From Kiritimatiellia bacterium (GTDB lineage: Bacteria > Verrucomicrobiota > Kiritimatiellia > RFP12 > UBA1067): DNA of 64,000 nucleotides. The stretch lies in assembly GCA_050949565.1 (NCBI GenBank), contig JBMNFY010000017.1, positions 704,001 to 768,000 on the forward strand, written 5' to 3'. The first letter of the stretch is position 1; the number at the start of each line of letters is the position of its first letter. The notes under the pieces are model-generated. The model saw only the letters and a program-made list of their open reading frames with translations, made no database searches and was not told the DNA's origin. The translations under genes were made by a program, and so were the position numbers. This document shows, in pieces, positions 29,262 through 39,218 of this stretch.

Positions 29262-31334
29262 ATGTCCCCTTTCCTCAACATCCCCTACTATCCCGCCTTT
29301 GACCGCATGACCCCAGAGAATGCGGCACCGGCTTTTGAACAGTTGCTGGCGGATGCGAACCGCGCCGTCGATGTGATCGAACGCAACCATACGCCGACCT
29401 GGTCGGGACTGATACGCCCGCTCCACGATGCCTGCCATCCGCTCTTCGACGCCTGGGGTCTGCTCGGCCACATGCTCTCGGTCATGAACAACGACGCATG
29501 GCGCCGCGTCTACGAAGAGTTTCAGCCGGCGCTTGTCACCTTTTCGTTGCGTGTCGGCCAGAGTCCCGCGTTTTACGCGAGCTACTGCGCGTTGCGCGAC
29601 GCCGACCAAGCCGCCCCCTGCCTCACCTCCGTCCAACGCCGCATCCTGGACAAGACCATCCAAGCCGCCGAGCAGGCGGGCGTGGGTCTGCCGGAGCCCC
29701 AGCAGCAGCGCTTCAACGAGATTCAAGCAGAATTGGCGCGCCTCGCCACCGACTTCCGCAACAACGTTCTGGATGCGACCAAGGCCTTCTCGCTGACCCT
29801 GCGCACACACGATGAAGCGGACGGCCTCCCGCCCGCCCTGCTCGCCGTCACCGCACAGGCCGCGCGCGACGCCGACGAGCCGCAGGCCACCGCCGAAGAC
29901 GGCCCTTGGCGCATCACGCTCGACCACGCCGTCTACCACCCCTTCATGATGCACAGCCGCAACCGCGCCGCGCGCGAACAGCTCTGCCGCGCTTCGGCCA
30001 CGCGCGCATCAAGCGGCGACCTCGACAACTCCCCGCTCATCGAGCAGACCCTTGCCTTACGCCGCGAGATGGCCGCCCTGCTCGGCTACGCCTCCTATGC
30101 CGAACTCAGCCTCTCGCGCAAAACCGCACGGACGGTCGAGGCCGTGGACGCCCTGATCGCGCAACTGGCCGACGCCGCGCGCGACGCCGCGCAGCGCGAG
30201 GCCGACGACCTGCTGGCTTTCGCCCGTGCGCACGGTTTCGAGGGCACGTCACTGGAACCGTGGGACACCGCCTTTTGGGCCGAGCGCCAGCGCGAACACG
30301 TCTACGCCTACAGCGATGAAGAACTGAGCCGCTACTTCCTCTTCCCGCGCGTACTGGAAGGCCTCTTCCAGTTGGCCGAACGCCTCTTCGGCATCACCAT
30401 CACGCCAGCGGATGGCGAAGCACCGGTGTGGCACCCCGACGTGCGTTTCTTCCGTGTCGCCGACACCGACGGCACGCCGCGCGCCTGCTTCTTCCTTGAT
30501 CCCTACAGCCGTCCCGCGACCAAAAGCGGCGGTGCGTGGATGAACGATTTCCGTACGCGCGACCGCCGCCCCGACGGCTCGCTGCAACTCCCCATGGCCG
30601 TGCTGGTCTGCAACCAGAGCGTACCGGTCGGCGACCAACCGCCCGTCATGCGCTTCCAAGAGGTGAACACGCTCTTCCACGAGTTCGGCCACGCCCTGCA
30701 ACACATGCTGACCACCGTGGAAGAGCCCGATGCCTCCGGCGTCAACGGCATTGAATGGGACGCCATCGAAATCGCCAGCCAGTTCATGGAGAACTGGTGC
30801 TACGACCGCCCCACGCTCAAAGGTCTCAGCAGCCATGCCGAAACCGGCGAACCGTTGCCGGACGCGCTCTTCGACAAACTCGTCGCCGCCAAGAATTACC
30901 GTGCCGCCACTGCGATGTGCCGCCAGCTCTTCTTCGCGGCCACCGACATGGATCTCTACGCGCGCTATCCGCGACCGGAGTGGCCGGACGCCGACACCGT
31001 CAAACGGCAGAACGCCGCGACCTATCTGTCCACGCCCCTGCTCCCGGAAGACCGTTTTCTCTGCTCGTTCACGCACATCTTCGGCGGCGGGTATGCCGCC
31101 GGTTATTACAGCTACAAATGGTCGGAAGTGCTCTCGGCTGACGCCTTTGCCGCCTTCGAAGAGGCCGGTCTGGCGGATGACGCAGCGGTCCGCGCCACCG
31201 GCCAGCGCTTCCGCGACACCCTGCTGGCGTTGGGCGGCAGCGAAGACCCGATGGCGGTCTACCGCCGCTTCCGCGGACGCGCCCCGACGGTCGATGCGTT
31301 GCTGCGTCACTCCGGTCTCCTGCCTGCCACATGA
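29262..31334 (+). CDS. prlC: Oligopeptidase A (peptidase M3A)
   Basis: KSGGAWM, TLFHEFGHALQHML (HEXXH), WDAIE..SQFMENW, FTHIFGGGYAAGYYSYKWSEVLSADAF. Confidence 0.92.
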   Translation: MSPFLNIPYYPAFDRMTPENAAPAFEQLLADANRAVDVIERNHTPTWSGLIRPLHDACHPLFDAWGLLGHMLSVMNNDAWRRVYEEFQPALVTFSLRVGQSPAFYASYCALRDADQAAPCLTSVQRRILDKTIQAAEQAGVGLPEPQQQRFNEIQAELARLATDFRNNVLDATKAFSLTLRTHDEADGLPPALLAVTAQAARDADEPQATAEDGPWRITLDHAVYHPFMMHSRNRAAREQLCRASATRASSGDLDNSPLIEQTLALRREMAALLGYASYAELSLSRKTARTVEAVDALIAQLADAARDAAQREADDLLAFARAHGFEGTSLEPWDTAFWAERQREHVYAYSDEELSRYFLFPRVLEGLFQLAERLFGITITPADGEAPVWHPDVRFFRVADTDGTPRACFFLDPYSRPATKSGGAWMNDFRTRDRRPDGSLQLPMAVLVCNQSVPVGDQPPVMRFQEVNTLFHEFGHALQHMLTTVEEPDASGVNGIEWDAIEIASQFMENWCYDRPTLKGLSSHAETGEPLPDALFDKLVAAKNYRAATAMCRQLFFAATDMDLYARYPRPEWPDADTVKRQNAATYLSTPLLPEDRFLCSFTHIFGGGYAAGYYSYKWSEVLSADAFAAFEEAGLADDAAVRATGQRFRDTLLALGGSEDPMAVYRRFRGRAPTVDALLRHSGLLPAT

Positions 31335-32440
31335 ACACCCCTGTCCGTACCCTCCTCGCCTACCTGCACCGGCTGATCGAGTACGCCGCCTTCTACGGCG
31401 TGCTCTTCACGCTGGCCGGACTCTTCGACCGGCACCATTGGTTTCTGGGGCTCTTCACGCATCTCAAGCTGCCGCTCGCCGGCTGCTTCATCGGTTACAC
31501 GCTGATCGAACTCGTGGCGCGCCACCGACACCACGTAGCGGCAGGCGTGATATTTGCCCTCGTGAACGCATTGCCGGTGCTGATGCTCTGTCTGCCTGCC
31601 CCGCATCAGCCGCAGCCGACTGCGCCCGCGACGGTTGCGCAACTCCGGATCTTGCAGGCGAACATCCTCACCAGCAACCGCGACGCCGCCGCGCTGCTCA
31701 GCCTCATTGACCGCGAAGCGCCCGACGTAATCGTGCTCCAGGAGACCGGCCGCCGCTGGCTGAGCGACCTCGCGGTCCTGACCAACGCCTATCCGGTCTT
31801 TGCCGCCATGCCGCGTGAGGATAACTTCGGTGCCGCCATTTTCTGCAAAGGTTCCTTGACTGCAGGTGTGACACGGGCATCCTGCCCGTGTCGCCATCTT
31901 CTACAAAAGCCCATTGCCTGCAGGTGTGGCACGGGCATCTTGCCCGTGGATGTGGCACGGGCATCCTGCCCGTGTTTCATGGGCGGGACGCCCATGCCAC
32001 GAGCAGAGATCGTCTACTTGGATGCATACGCCTGCGTGCCTGCAACGCGGGCACGCCTGACCGTCAACGGCCGTCCGCTCACCATCATCGGCGTGCACCT
32101 GTTCGTGCCGTACAACCACGCCACGTGGCTAGCGCAAAAACGACAGGCGCAACGGCTGGCGTCACTCGCGCGCGATGTCACAGGCTCCTGCGTCGTGACC
32201 GGCGACTTCAACACCACGCCATGGACCGCCCGTTTCCAGGATATCCTTACCGACAGCGGTCTGCGCGACAGCGCGCGCGGACATTGCTTACAGCCGACCT
32301 GGCCGGCCTTCCTGCCGCCATTTATGCGCATCCCTTTGGATCACGCCCTCCACTCGCCCGACGTGCATGTGGTAGCGCGGCGGCTCGGTCCGTCCATCGG
32401 CTCCGACCACCTGCCGGTCATTCTTGATATCGCTTTTTGA
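31331..32440 (+). CDS. Endonuclease/exonuclease/phosphatase (YafD-like) membrane protein with in-frame REP insertion
   Basis: LQAN, PDVIVLQE, GDFNTTPW, LDHAL, GSDHLP. Confidence 0.85.
   Translation: MNTPVRTLLAYLHRLIEYAAFYGVLFTLAGLFDRHHWFLGLFTHLKLPLAGCFIGYTLIELVARHRHHVAAGVIFALVNALPVLMLCLPAPHQPQPTAPATVAQLRILQANILTSNRDAAALLSLIDREAPDVIVLQETGRRWLSDLAVLTNAYPVFAAMPREDNFGAAIFCKGSLTAGVTRASCPCRHLLQKPIACRCGTGILPVDVARASCPCFMGGTPMPRAEIVYLDAYACVPATRARLTVNGRPLTIIGVHLFVPYNHATWLAQKRQAQRLASLARDVTGSCVVTGDFNTTPWTARFQDILTDSGLRDSARGHCLQPTWPAFLPPFMRIPLDHALHSPDVHVVARRLGPSIGSDHLPVILDIAF
31866..32000. repeat. Cluster of four REP-like palindromes GTGGCACGGGCATC(C/T)TGCCCGTG inside a CDS
   Basis: Copies at 31866-90, 31924-48, 31951-74, plus an inverted variant at 31978-32000; an intergenic copy at about 50506-50528. 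Confidence 0.85.
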
Positions 32441-32452
32441 AGCTTGAAACCA

Positions 32453-35359
32453 TCACTTCAGCCGTCGTATCACGGCGGCGGTGTCAGTCGCCACGATACC
32501 GGGCTGGAGCGTCAGCAGGCCGTCAACGGCTTTGACGCGCTCGCGCCGCAGTTCCGCGCCCTGCCACGTTTCCCACCATGTCACCTCATATTCGCCATCG
32601 GGGAATGCCGTCAGCGTGTATGTCGCCGCAGGGAACGGACGGATCTCATCCGCATGGCGCGCATGGTTCACCCATGTGCTGTCATTGTTCTGAATCCAGA
32701 CGATGGCGGCGCTCTCGGCGGCCAGTGCATAGCAGTTGACCTCTTGGGTCTCGGTCGTGCGGCAACCACTGAACAGATACCGCGGCACCGACACCCAGTC
32801 GCGCCCGTGATTCTCGACGCGGATGCGGCGGCGTCCGGCCTTGACCGGCACCGTCAGCGTCTCATTGTAGACCGACTCCCACAGTTTCCACGTGTCAACG
32901 TAACGCCACGACTCGCCGTGGTTCTCGCCGCACGGCAACTCGCGATCCAGCACCAACACGTCGTCGACAAACACCTTGATATGTCCGCTGCTTGAAACCC
33001 TCTCGACGTGCAACCCAAAGGTGCCGTCCGCCGGGTAGGTCACCTCAAATGTCGGCGGGCAGACCAGATTACGGTGACCTCCGCCGTGCAGCAGCGCCAG
33101 CAACTCTTCGGCCGGCGTGACCGTGCCGTCCGGATGTACCTCGAAGCGGTCCGCGCCTGCTTTGCGGAAACCCGTGCGGGTAAGCGCGACAACATCACGC
33201 TGCGCCGGGCGCGCCGGCCTTCTGAGCGTGCCGGGACCGCGCACTTCCACCGGACGCCAGCGCTCGGTACCGAACGGCAGCCCCGTCACAAAACGCCGCA
33301 GGGCGCGGAAATGGAAGTAGAGGTTCTTGGGCTCGATGTAGTTCTCGTGCCACCACGGCATAGCCGCACCGCACGCGCCACTGGCGAGCGACGCCCACGA
33401 GGTGTTGTGAATCGCACGACCGTCCGGATCGTCGTCTGCCTTGAAGTTGTGGCTGCGAATGCCGAACTCGGCGAAGAGGTGCGGCTTTTCAAAGTCCTCC
33501 CACTGCTTGCGGCAAAAAGCGTGCGCTTCCAGTGCGGTGTTCAAATCGTTGTTGGCATAACTGTGAGTCTGCACCAGCGCCAACTCGGGAATCCGCCAAC
33601 AAGCCTCCGGACCGGTCTTCGACCACCAACTCGTAGAGATCACGTGATCGTACGGGTCCAGCGCGGCCAACAACGGTGCCATCTCGCGGTGCCACGCTAT
33701 GATATCCTCCTGTTTCGCATCCGCCCAGCCCTCGAACTCATTGCCGAACTCCCAGCACATCACATGCGGGCTGTAGGCCCAGCGCGCTACCGTGTAGCGC
33801 AAGCGCCGACGGTAGAAGGCCTTGGCCGTCTCATTCGTGAACCACGCGCCGGCCGTTTCGCACGGTCCGCCCTGCGCGACGTTGTAGGGATTGGCTTTCC
33901 AACCCTCCCGGCGGAAATCCTGATGCGTGTCCATGCAGAGCATGTAGGTCATGCCGAGCCGTCCCGCATCCTCCAGCAGGTTGTCCAGTTTAGCAGCGGC
34001 ATCCTGACGGTACCAGCCGAGTTGCGGTTCCCACTCGATCCCCAATCCGCTTTTAGACATCCACCAGCGGTTCCAGTTTTCTCCGTGCGCGGCCATCTTC
34101 TCAAGGATCTGCTGGACCGTCATGCCGTTGCTGCCTTGATAGATCGGCACGTTATGGCCGATCGGCACATACCCCTCGCCGTTGTCATACGCAAGATAGC
34201 GCGGATCAGCCCGGCTGACACGTATGAAACCTTTGGCCTGACGGTCTTCCGTAACCTCCACCGGTTGCGGCAGCGTGAATGTGCGCGTGCCGGAACGGTC
34301 ACGCGCCGTCAACGTGATTCGCATCGGGCCAACCTCTGTCGCAGCCAGCCGCACCTTCCACTGACCGACGCCCTCCGAAAGCAACAGTTCCGATTCCCCA
34401 TCACCGGGCAGCGCTGTATGGCGCACCATGAAAAAGCCCGGCAGGGTATAGCGCCGTCCTGACGCCGTGACCACCTGCGCATCAAGCGCGATGTCATCCG
34501 GATCATACGGATTGTCCCACGTCCCGTTCAGCGTGACATCCAATTCGCACTTGCCGTAAAGCGGCACGGTGCGCGGTGCCTGCGCTGTAAGCGCCAATTC
34601 ACCGCGACTGGTCACAGCAGGCCGCACGATCTTCGGCATAGACGAGACACCGAGCGACAGCGCCACGTGCAACGTCTCACCGAGCGCGACGTCACGCTGT
34701 TTCGTCAGTTTGATCTCGTAAACATGCCAATCCGGACTGATGTATGAACGTAGATAACGCACACCGTCGCCGCGCAGACGGCAGGCGGTCCCGCCCTCGC
34801 GGCCGATGTAAAGCTCTTTGAACATGCCCTCGACCGCCTTGCCAAGCGGCGCATCCTTGGTCGGCATCAGGTAGATGCGGCGCGGATCGCCGTCTTTCTG
34901 CGCCTGCGTCGCCAACGAGAGCCAGACACCATCAGTCAGCCGCAACTCCCCGGTTTTGACAAGCGCCAATCGCACTTCGGCCCCCTCGGCCGACGGCACG
35001 AGGTCCATCGTGTAGCGCACCGGCGCTGAACCCTCGCGCGCGCCCCACAGACCGACCAGACGCAAGACACCGTTCGCCTCCAGAGTAGCGCTCTCCGAAT
35101 GTCCCTTAGGTTGCGTTTCGTACAGATAGGCACCATGCCAGAGGAAGAACACCAGATCCAACGCGGGCTGATCCTCCGCACGCAGCGTCATTCGTCCGCG
35201 GTTGTCGCATGTGAGCGTCCCGCGCGCCAGCGCCAGTTCGAAACCCGAGTCTGTGGCGCGCCAAGCCGACGGCACTGCATCGGCGCCCAGCGCCGCATAG
35301 CCAACAACCATCAATGCTGCCGCAAACACACGAAAGCACGTACACCGCTCACGCATCAT
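32453..35359 (-). CDS. Secreted DUF5060-domain, GH5-like glycoside hydrolase
   Basis: NPYDPDDIALDA (DUF5060), RYTVARWAYSP..WEFGNE (acid/base), KPHLFAEFG (nucleophile). Confidence 0.75.
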   Translation of the reverse strand: MMRERCTCFRVFAAALMVVGYAALGADAVPSAWRATDSGFELALARGTLTCDNRGRMTLRAEDQPALDLVFFLWHGAYLYETQPKGHSESATLEANGVLRLVGLWGAREGSAPVRYTMDLVPSAEGAEVRLALVKTGELRLTDGVWLSLATQAQKDGDPRRIYLMPTKDAPLGKAVEGMFKELYIGREGGTACRLRGDGVRYLRSYISPDWHVYEIKLTKQRDVALGETLHVALSLGVSSMPKIVRPAVTSRGELALTAQAPRTVPLYGKCELDVTLNGTWDNPYDPDDIALDAQVVTASGRRYTLPGFFMVRHTALPGDGESELLLSEGVGQWKVRLAATEVGPMRITLTARDRSGTRTFTLPQPVEVTEDRQAKGFIRVSRADPRYLAYDNGEGYVPIGHNVPIYQGSNGMTVQQILEKMAAHGENWNRWWMSKSGLGIEWEPQLGWYRQDAAAKLDNLLEDAGRLGMTYMLCMDTHQDFRREGWKANPYNVAQGGPCETAGAWFTNETAKAFYRRRLRYTVARWAYSPHVMCWEFGNEFEGWADAKQEDIIAWHREMAPLLAALDPYDHVISTSWWSKTGPEACWRIPELALVQTHSYANNDLNTALEAHAFCRKQWEDFEKPHLFAEFGIRSHNFKADDDPDGRAIHNTSWASLASGACGAAMPWWHENYIEPKNLYFHFRALRRFVTGLPFGTERWRPVEVRGPGTLRRPARPAQRDVVALTRTGFRKAGADRFEVHPDGTVTPAEELLALLHGGGHRNLVCPPTFEVTYPADGTFGLHVERVSSSGHIKVFVDDVLVLDRELPCGENHGESWRYVDTWKLWESVYNETLTVPVKAGRRRIRVENHGRDWVSVPRYLFSGCRTTETQEVNCYALAAESAAIVWIQNNDSTWVNHARHADEIRPFPAATYTLTAFPDGEYEVTWWETWQGAELRRERVKAVDGLLTLQPGIVATDTAAVIRRLK

Positions 35360-35451
35360 CGACTTTCCCCCTTTATTACGGACGCTCTGCATTCCGCCCC
35401 GTTTCACTTTGAACGTTACGCAGTGATCGTATCATTTCGCCTGTTAGCCGG

Positions 35452-36306
35452 TCAACGCATGCCGCTGCAGAACATGCCACAATGAACGTCGGCATTGTAA
35501 AAGCGCAGCTCTAATTTTCTTGCGGCGATCGTATCCGCGATTTCTTGCCGGGCCTCAGCGCTGCGTTCCACAGGGTGATGCGGCGATGCCAACAAGAACC
35601 CCCACTCTGTATGGAACGAAGGCACGAAGACACGGTACGACGCGACATGCGGGAAGACCTCTTTTAACGTCGTGTACGCCGCCGTGTGTGTACGAAGGTT
35701 GACCGGATTAAAATCACCGGCCTGCATGGCCACGATCCCCTCGGGCGACAATCGGTCGCGTACCAGTTGATAAAACTGGCGTGTGGCAAGGTGATGCGCG
35801 GGGCCGTCCTCGTCGGGTTCGGTCAGATCCAGGATAATCACATCGTAGCGGTCCGAGCGATCTTCTAGAAGGCGCAACACATCGCCGATGTACAGCTCCA
35901 TCCGCGGATCGTCGTAACAGTTCCCGTGCCACTGCGGCAAATGGAGGCGGCAGAGTTCCACGACTTCGCCATCGATGTCCGCCATAACCAATTGCAAAAC
36001 GCTCTCGTGCCGAAGCACTTCACGAGCCGTCGCGCCCTCTCCCCCGCCGGCGATCAAGACACGCCGGGGCGATGGATGTAAAACCATGGCCGGGTGCACC
36101 AGCGCCTCGTGGTAGCGATGTTCATCAAAGGCAGCGGATTGCAACTCGCCATCCAGAATCAGCATCCTGCCGAAAATCTCGTTCTCAACGATTTCGATCC
36201 GCTGGAAAGCTGTCTGTTGATCGACCAACGTGCCCGACAGCGGGAAGAGATGAACCACGCCCGGACTTGTTCGGTCAGCGTGCCACTCCTTGTCAGAAAA
36301 GAACAT
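35452..36306 (-). CDS. speE: Polyamine aminopropyltransferase (spermidine synthase), C-terminus apparently truncated
   Basis: FQRIEI..FGRMLILDG.LQS, YHEALVHP, VLIAGGGEGATAREVL, YDVIILDLTEP. Confidence 0.88.
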   Translation of the reverse strand: MFFSDKEWHADRTSPGVVHLFPLSGTLVDQQTAFQRIEIVENEIFGRMLILDGELQSAAFDEHRYHEALVHPAMVLHPSPRRVLIAGGGEGATAREVLRHESVLQLVMADIDGEVVELCRLHLPQWHGNCYDDPRMELYIGDVLRLLEDRSDRYDVIILDLTEPDEDGPAHHLATRQFYQLVRDRLSPEGIVAMQAGDFNPVNLRTHTAAYTTLKEVFPHVASYRVFVPSFHTEWGFLLASPHHPVERSAEARQEIADTIAARKLELRFYNADVHCGMFCSGMR

Positions 36307-36709
36307 ACTGATACTCCGCCCGGTCCGAATCTGTCGGTCTGCGTCCCGGCGCATTGTGAAAGATACCGCGGAAGACTTCCTTGGTCCGGACTGATTTGGC
36401 GCGTAGGCGCTTTTCAAGGTATTGCGACGCAATCCAAGGATCCACGTTGGACCCGCAGGTAAAGACATCCAGTGCGGCGTAGCCATATTCAGGCCAAGTA
36501 TGAATCGCTAAATGCGACTCTGCGATCATGACGAAACCGGTCACGCCTTGCGGTGAAAACTGGTGGAAGGCCGTTTTAAGAATATCGGCACCAGTTTCGA
36601 TGGCGGCAGCGGTCATCGCGTCGGTTATCAACTGGAGGTCATCAAGGATCTCCATGGGGCATCCGTACAACTCTGTCAAAATATGACGTCCCAGCGCATT
36701 CTTTTTCAC
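36293..36709 (-). CDS. speD: S-adenosylmethionine decarboxylase proenzyme
   Basis: LGRHILTELYGC, FSPQGVT..IAESHLAIHTWPEYGYAALDVFTCG; AAGGAGG RBS. Confidence 0.92.
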   Translation of the reverse strand: MKKNALGRHILTELYGCPMEILDDLQLITDAMTAAAIETGADILKTAFHQFSPQGVTGFVMIAESHLAIHTWPEYGYAALDVFTCGSNVDPWIASQYLEKRLRAKSVRTKEVFRGIFHNAPGRRPTDSDRAEYQYVLF

Positions 36710-36970
36710 ACCGAACACCTCCTTATAGCAGACATCATACCACAGAAAGCCAAGATGTCAAATGCGACGAAAAAGCAGAGCAGCGCTTTTACACTCATCA
36801 TTGCGGACCACTGCGTGGTCGCAATAAGCCCCGCGACCTACGGCTGGAACAACCCCCAGAACAACTCTGCGTCTCTGCGCCTCTGCGTTAAACAAACCCG
36901 AGCAGCGTCTCCAAAAACCTTCGTGCCCTTTGTACCTTTGTGTGAGAAAAAACCGAGCCTTGCATGAAAC

Positions 36971-38173
36971 CTAATCGTTAAAGAAGCCGTTGAAAACGTT
37001 CGCCGCTTGCTCGAACAGGGCCGGAACGGGTGCGGCCTGCGCAACCGGAGACGGCGCATAGAGCCACGGCACCGGCACGCGCGTGACCCGCGAATGCGCG
37101 AGGCCGGACATCGCGCAGTAGCCGAGCAGCACAGCGTCATCCATCGGGTGGATCGCAATGTAGCAGTACCAGCCTTGCGGATTGCCTTCCAGAACTTTGA
37201 TATTCTGCCATGTCTTGCCATCGTCTTTAGAAATCGCCGTGCTCAGCGGCACGCGCCTGTTTTTCAGACTGTTCGGAATGGCGGCATGATCGTTCCAGAC
37301 CAGCAGCAAATCGCCGGTCGAGGGCAACCGCTTGATCGAAGCAGGCGAAACGGGAGATTTGATTTCCGAAGCGATCGGCGCACTCCACGTGTCACCGCCG
37401 TCGGAAGACCAAGCGAGATACTGGCAACCGCCACTCGCGCGGATGAACATCATCACGCGTCCGTCCTTCAGCTCCACCACCCCCGGCTCCTGCGTAGTGA
37501 TGCGCTTACCGGTTGTGTCATAACCCTTTTGCACAGTCTTGCTGCGACGCCACGTCTTGCCGTTATCATCCGACAGGTAGCACATCAGCACCCCTTGCCA
37601 ATCTGCCTTGGATGCGCCCAGCGGCCAATGCAGACAGACCGGTGCCACCAGACGTCCGCCCTTAAGTTGTATGACGCGGTCATTGTTCAGCACATAATAA
37701 CCGACCTCATCCGTGATACACATCGTTGGCGCGCTCCAAGTCGTGCCCTCGTCCCGCGAGAGCCGCATCACCGGACGGCAGTCCTGCTCGCTGTTCTTGA
37801 GCAGATAGAAGAGCGCGATCTCCCCGTTCTGCAGGCGTAACAGACTCACGGACATGACATTCATGCCGCCCTCGTTCGGCACGATCATCCGATCCTCCTG
37901 CGTCCATGTCCGGCCGCCGTCGGACGAATAACGCCCCGCCAAGTGCGCAGCGGAGTGGTCGCCTCCGCCGCCCGTGAAATGCGTGTAGACAAACAGAATG
38001 CGTCCGTCCTTAAGTGTGACGAACGCCCCCTCGCTGTTACGCGGATTGCCCGCACCCGGCCGCAGTTCAAGAGTCCGCACAGGGATATCCTGCGCACGCG
38101 CGCCAACAGCGATCAACAGCGCGGCAGCCAGCCCCGTCCGCGCCAAGCTCATGGTATACTTGTTCTTTTTCAT
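36971..38173 (-). CDS. Secreted BNR/Asp-box sialidase-like protein
   Basis: RNSEG; Asp-boxes SSDGGRTW, SRDEGTTW, SDDNGKTW, SSDGGDTW, SKDDGKTW; QEPGVVEL. Confidence 0.85.
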   Translation of the reverse strand: MKKNKYTMSLARTGLAAALLIAVGARAQDIPVRTLELRPGAGNPRNSEGAFVTLKDGRILFVYTHFTGGGGDHSAAHLAGRYSSDGGRTWTQEDRMIVPNEGGMNVMSVSLLRLQNGEIALFYLLKNSEQDCRPVMRLSRDEGTTWSAPTMCITDEVGYYVLNNDRVIQLKGGRLVAPVCLHWPLGASKADWQGVLMCYLSDDNGKTWRRSKTVQKGYDTTGKRITTQEPGVVELKDGRVMMFIRASGGCQYLAWSSDGGDTWSAPIASEIKSPVSPASIKRLPSTGDLLLVWNDHAAIPNSLKNRRVPLSTAISKDDGKTWQNIKVLEGNPQGWYCYIAIHPMDDAVLLGYCAMSGLAHSRVTRVPVPWLYAPSPVAQAAPVPALFEQAANVFNGFFND

Positions 38174-38227
38174 TTTCGTCCTAAATCCTAACTCCTAAAT
38201 GCTAACTCCTAAATGCCAACTCCGCCC

Positions 38228-38881
38228 TCACCGGAGCATCAGAACAAATCCGGACTCCGCCGGGCCGTACAGCACGTTCAGCGTGCCCGTCCCCGAGAAG
38301 TAGGCGGACGACGGCTTGACCGGCGCGGACGATTCGATCCCGCCATAGAGACCGGGCGACCTCGGCCGACCGCCCAACACCAGCCGGTCAACATCGACCA
38401 CGCCCGCGAAATCAAGCTCCGTCACCACCCCATCCGCAATGCTTAGCGTCACACCGGACGGGAAGGGCGTTGCCGTTCCTTCGAGCACCACGGACGCACC
38501 CGCCGCACGGACCGCGAGGTTGGTGAGGTTAGGCATCGGGGCGCTCAACTCCAAAGTCCCGTCCCGTGTCCACGCCGGATAGCAAGCCTGGCCCGCGCCG
38601 CCCACCAGCGTGGTCACCTTGCCACTCGCCAGATCGACAACGGCGATGTCCAGATCACCCGCCGCATCTGTCTGGAAAGCGATCCGCCGTCCGTCGGGCG
38701 ACCAGACCGCCTCGGTGTCGTTACCCGCACCCGTGGTGACCGGGACAACGCGGTCACATTGACACGACAACCCGTCCGTAGGCCCTTGCGTACGCTGCGC
38801 CGCGTATCCTCCGATTACCAGCCCGCACAACAGGCACCCGATCCCGAGCGCCCCACATCTCCATCTGGTTTTTGTCTTCAT
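38228..38881 (-). CDS. Chimeric ORF: TolB-like PD40 repeats fused to the C-terminal tail of a beta-strand-repeat surface protein
   Basis: WSPDGRRIAF..YPAWTRDG switches abruptly to TLEL..GTGTLNVLYGPAESGFVLMLR. Confidence 0.55.
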   Translation of the reverse strand: MKTKTRWRCGALGIGCLLCGLVIGGYAAQRTQGPTDGLSCQCDRVVPVTTGAGNDTEAVWSPDGRRIAFQTDAAGDLDIAVVDLASGKVTTLVGGAGQACYPAWTRDGTLELSAPMPNLTNLAVRAAGASVVLEGTATPFPSGVTLSIADGVVTELDFAGVVDVDRLVLGGRPRSPGLYGGIESSAPVKPSSAYFSGTGTLNVLYGPAESGFVLMLR

Positions 38882-39218
38882 GCTTCCTCCCGCCGCCCTG
38901 CCCGCATCGAGCGTTCAGAGCGTCAACACCCTACCCAGTCATCGCCTCTATATTACCTCTTTCGGTCAATTAAATCGTGCGCGAAATGCGGATTCTTTTT
39001 TTGTTGTGTTTTGTGTCGGTTTTTTAACGCAGGGACGCAAACGCAGAGTACCTCTGTGAGAGAAAAAACTTGGACGTTGAACGTTGGTCAAAAACGTTCT
39101 TGCACCATCCCCCTCCTTTCGTCATCATATCTCCACAGTGGTTTTCGGATGATGTTTGCGCCGCGCTCAATCCAACCCAAGAGGTCAGCTATGAACAACA
39201 CCGCCCTGTGGATGAAAC

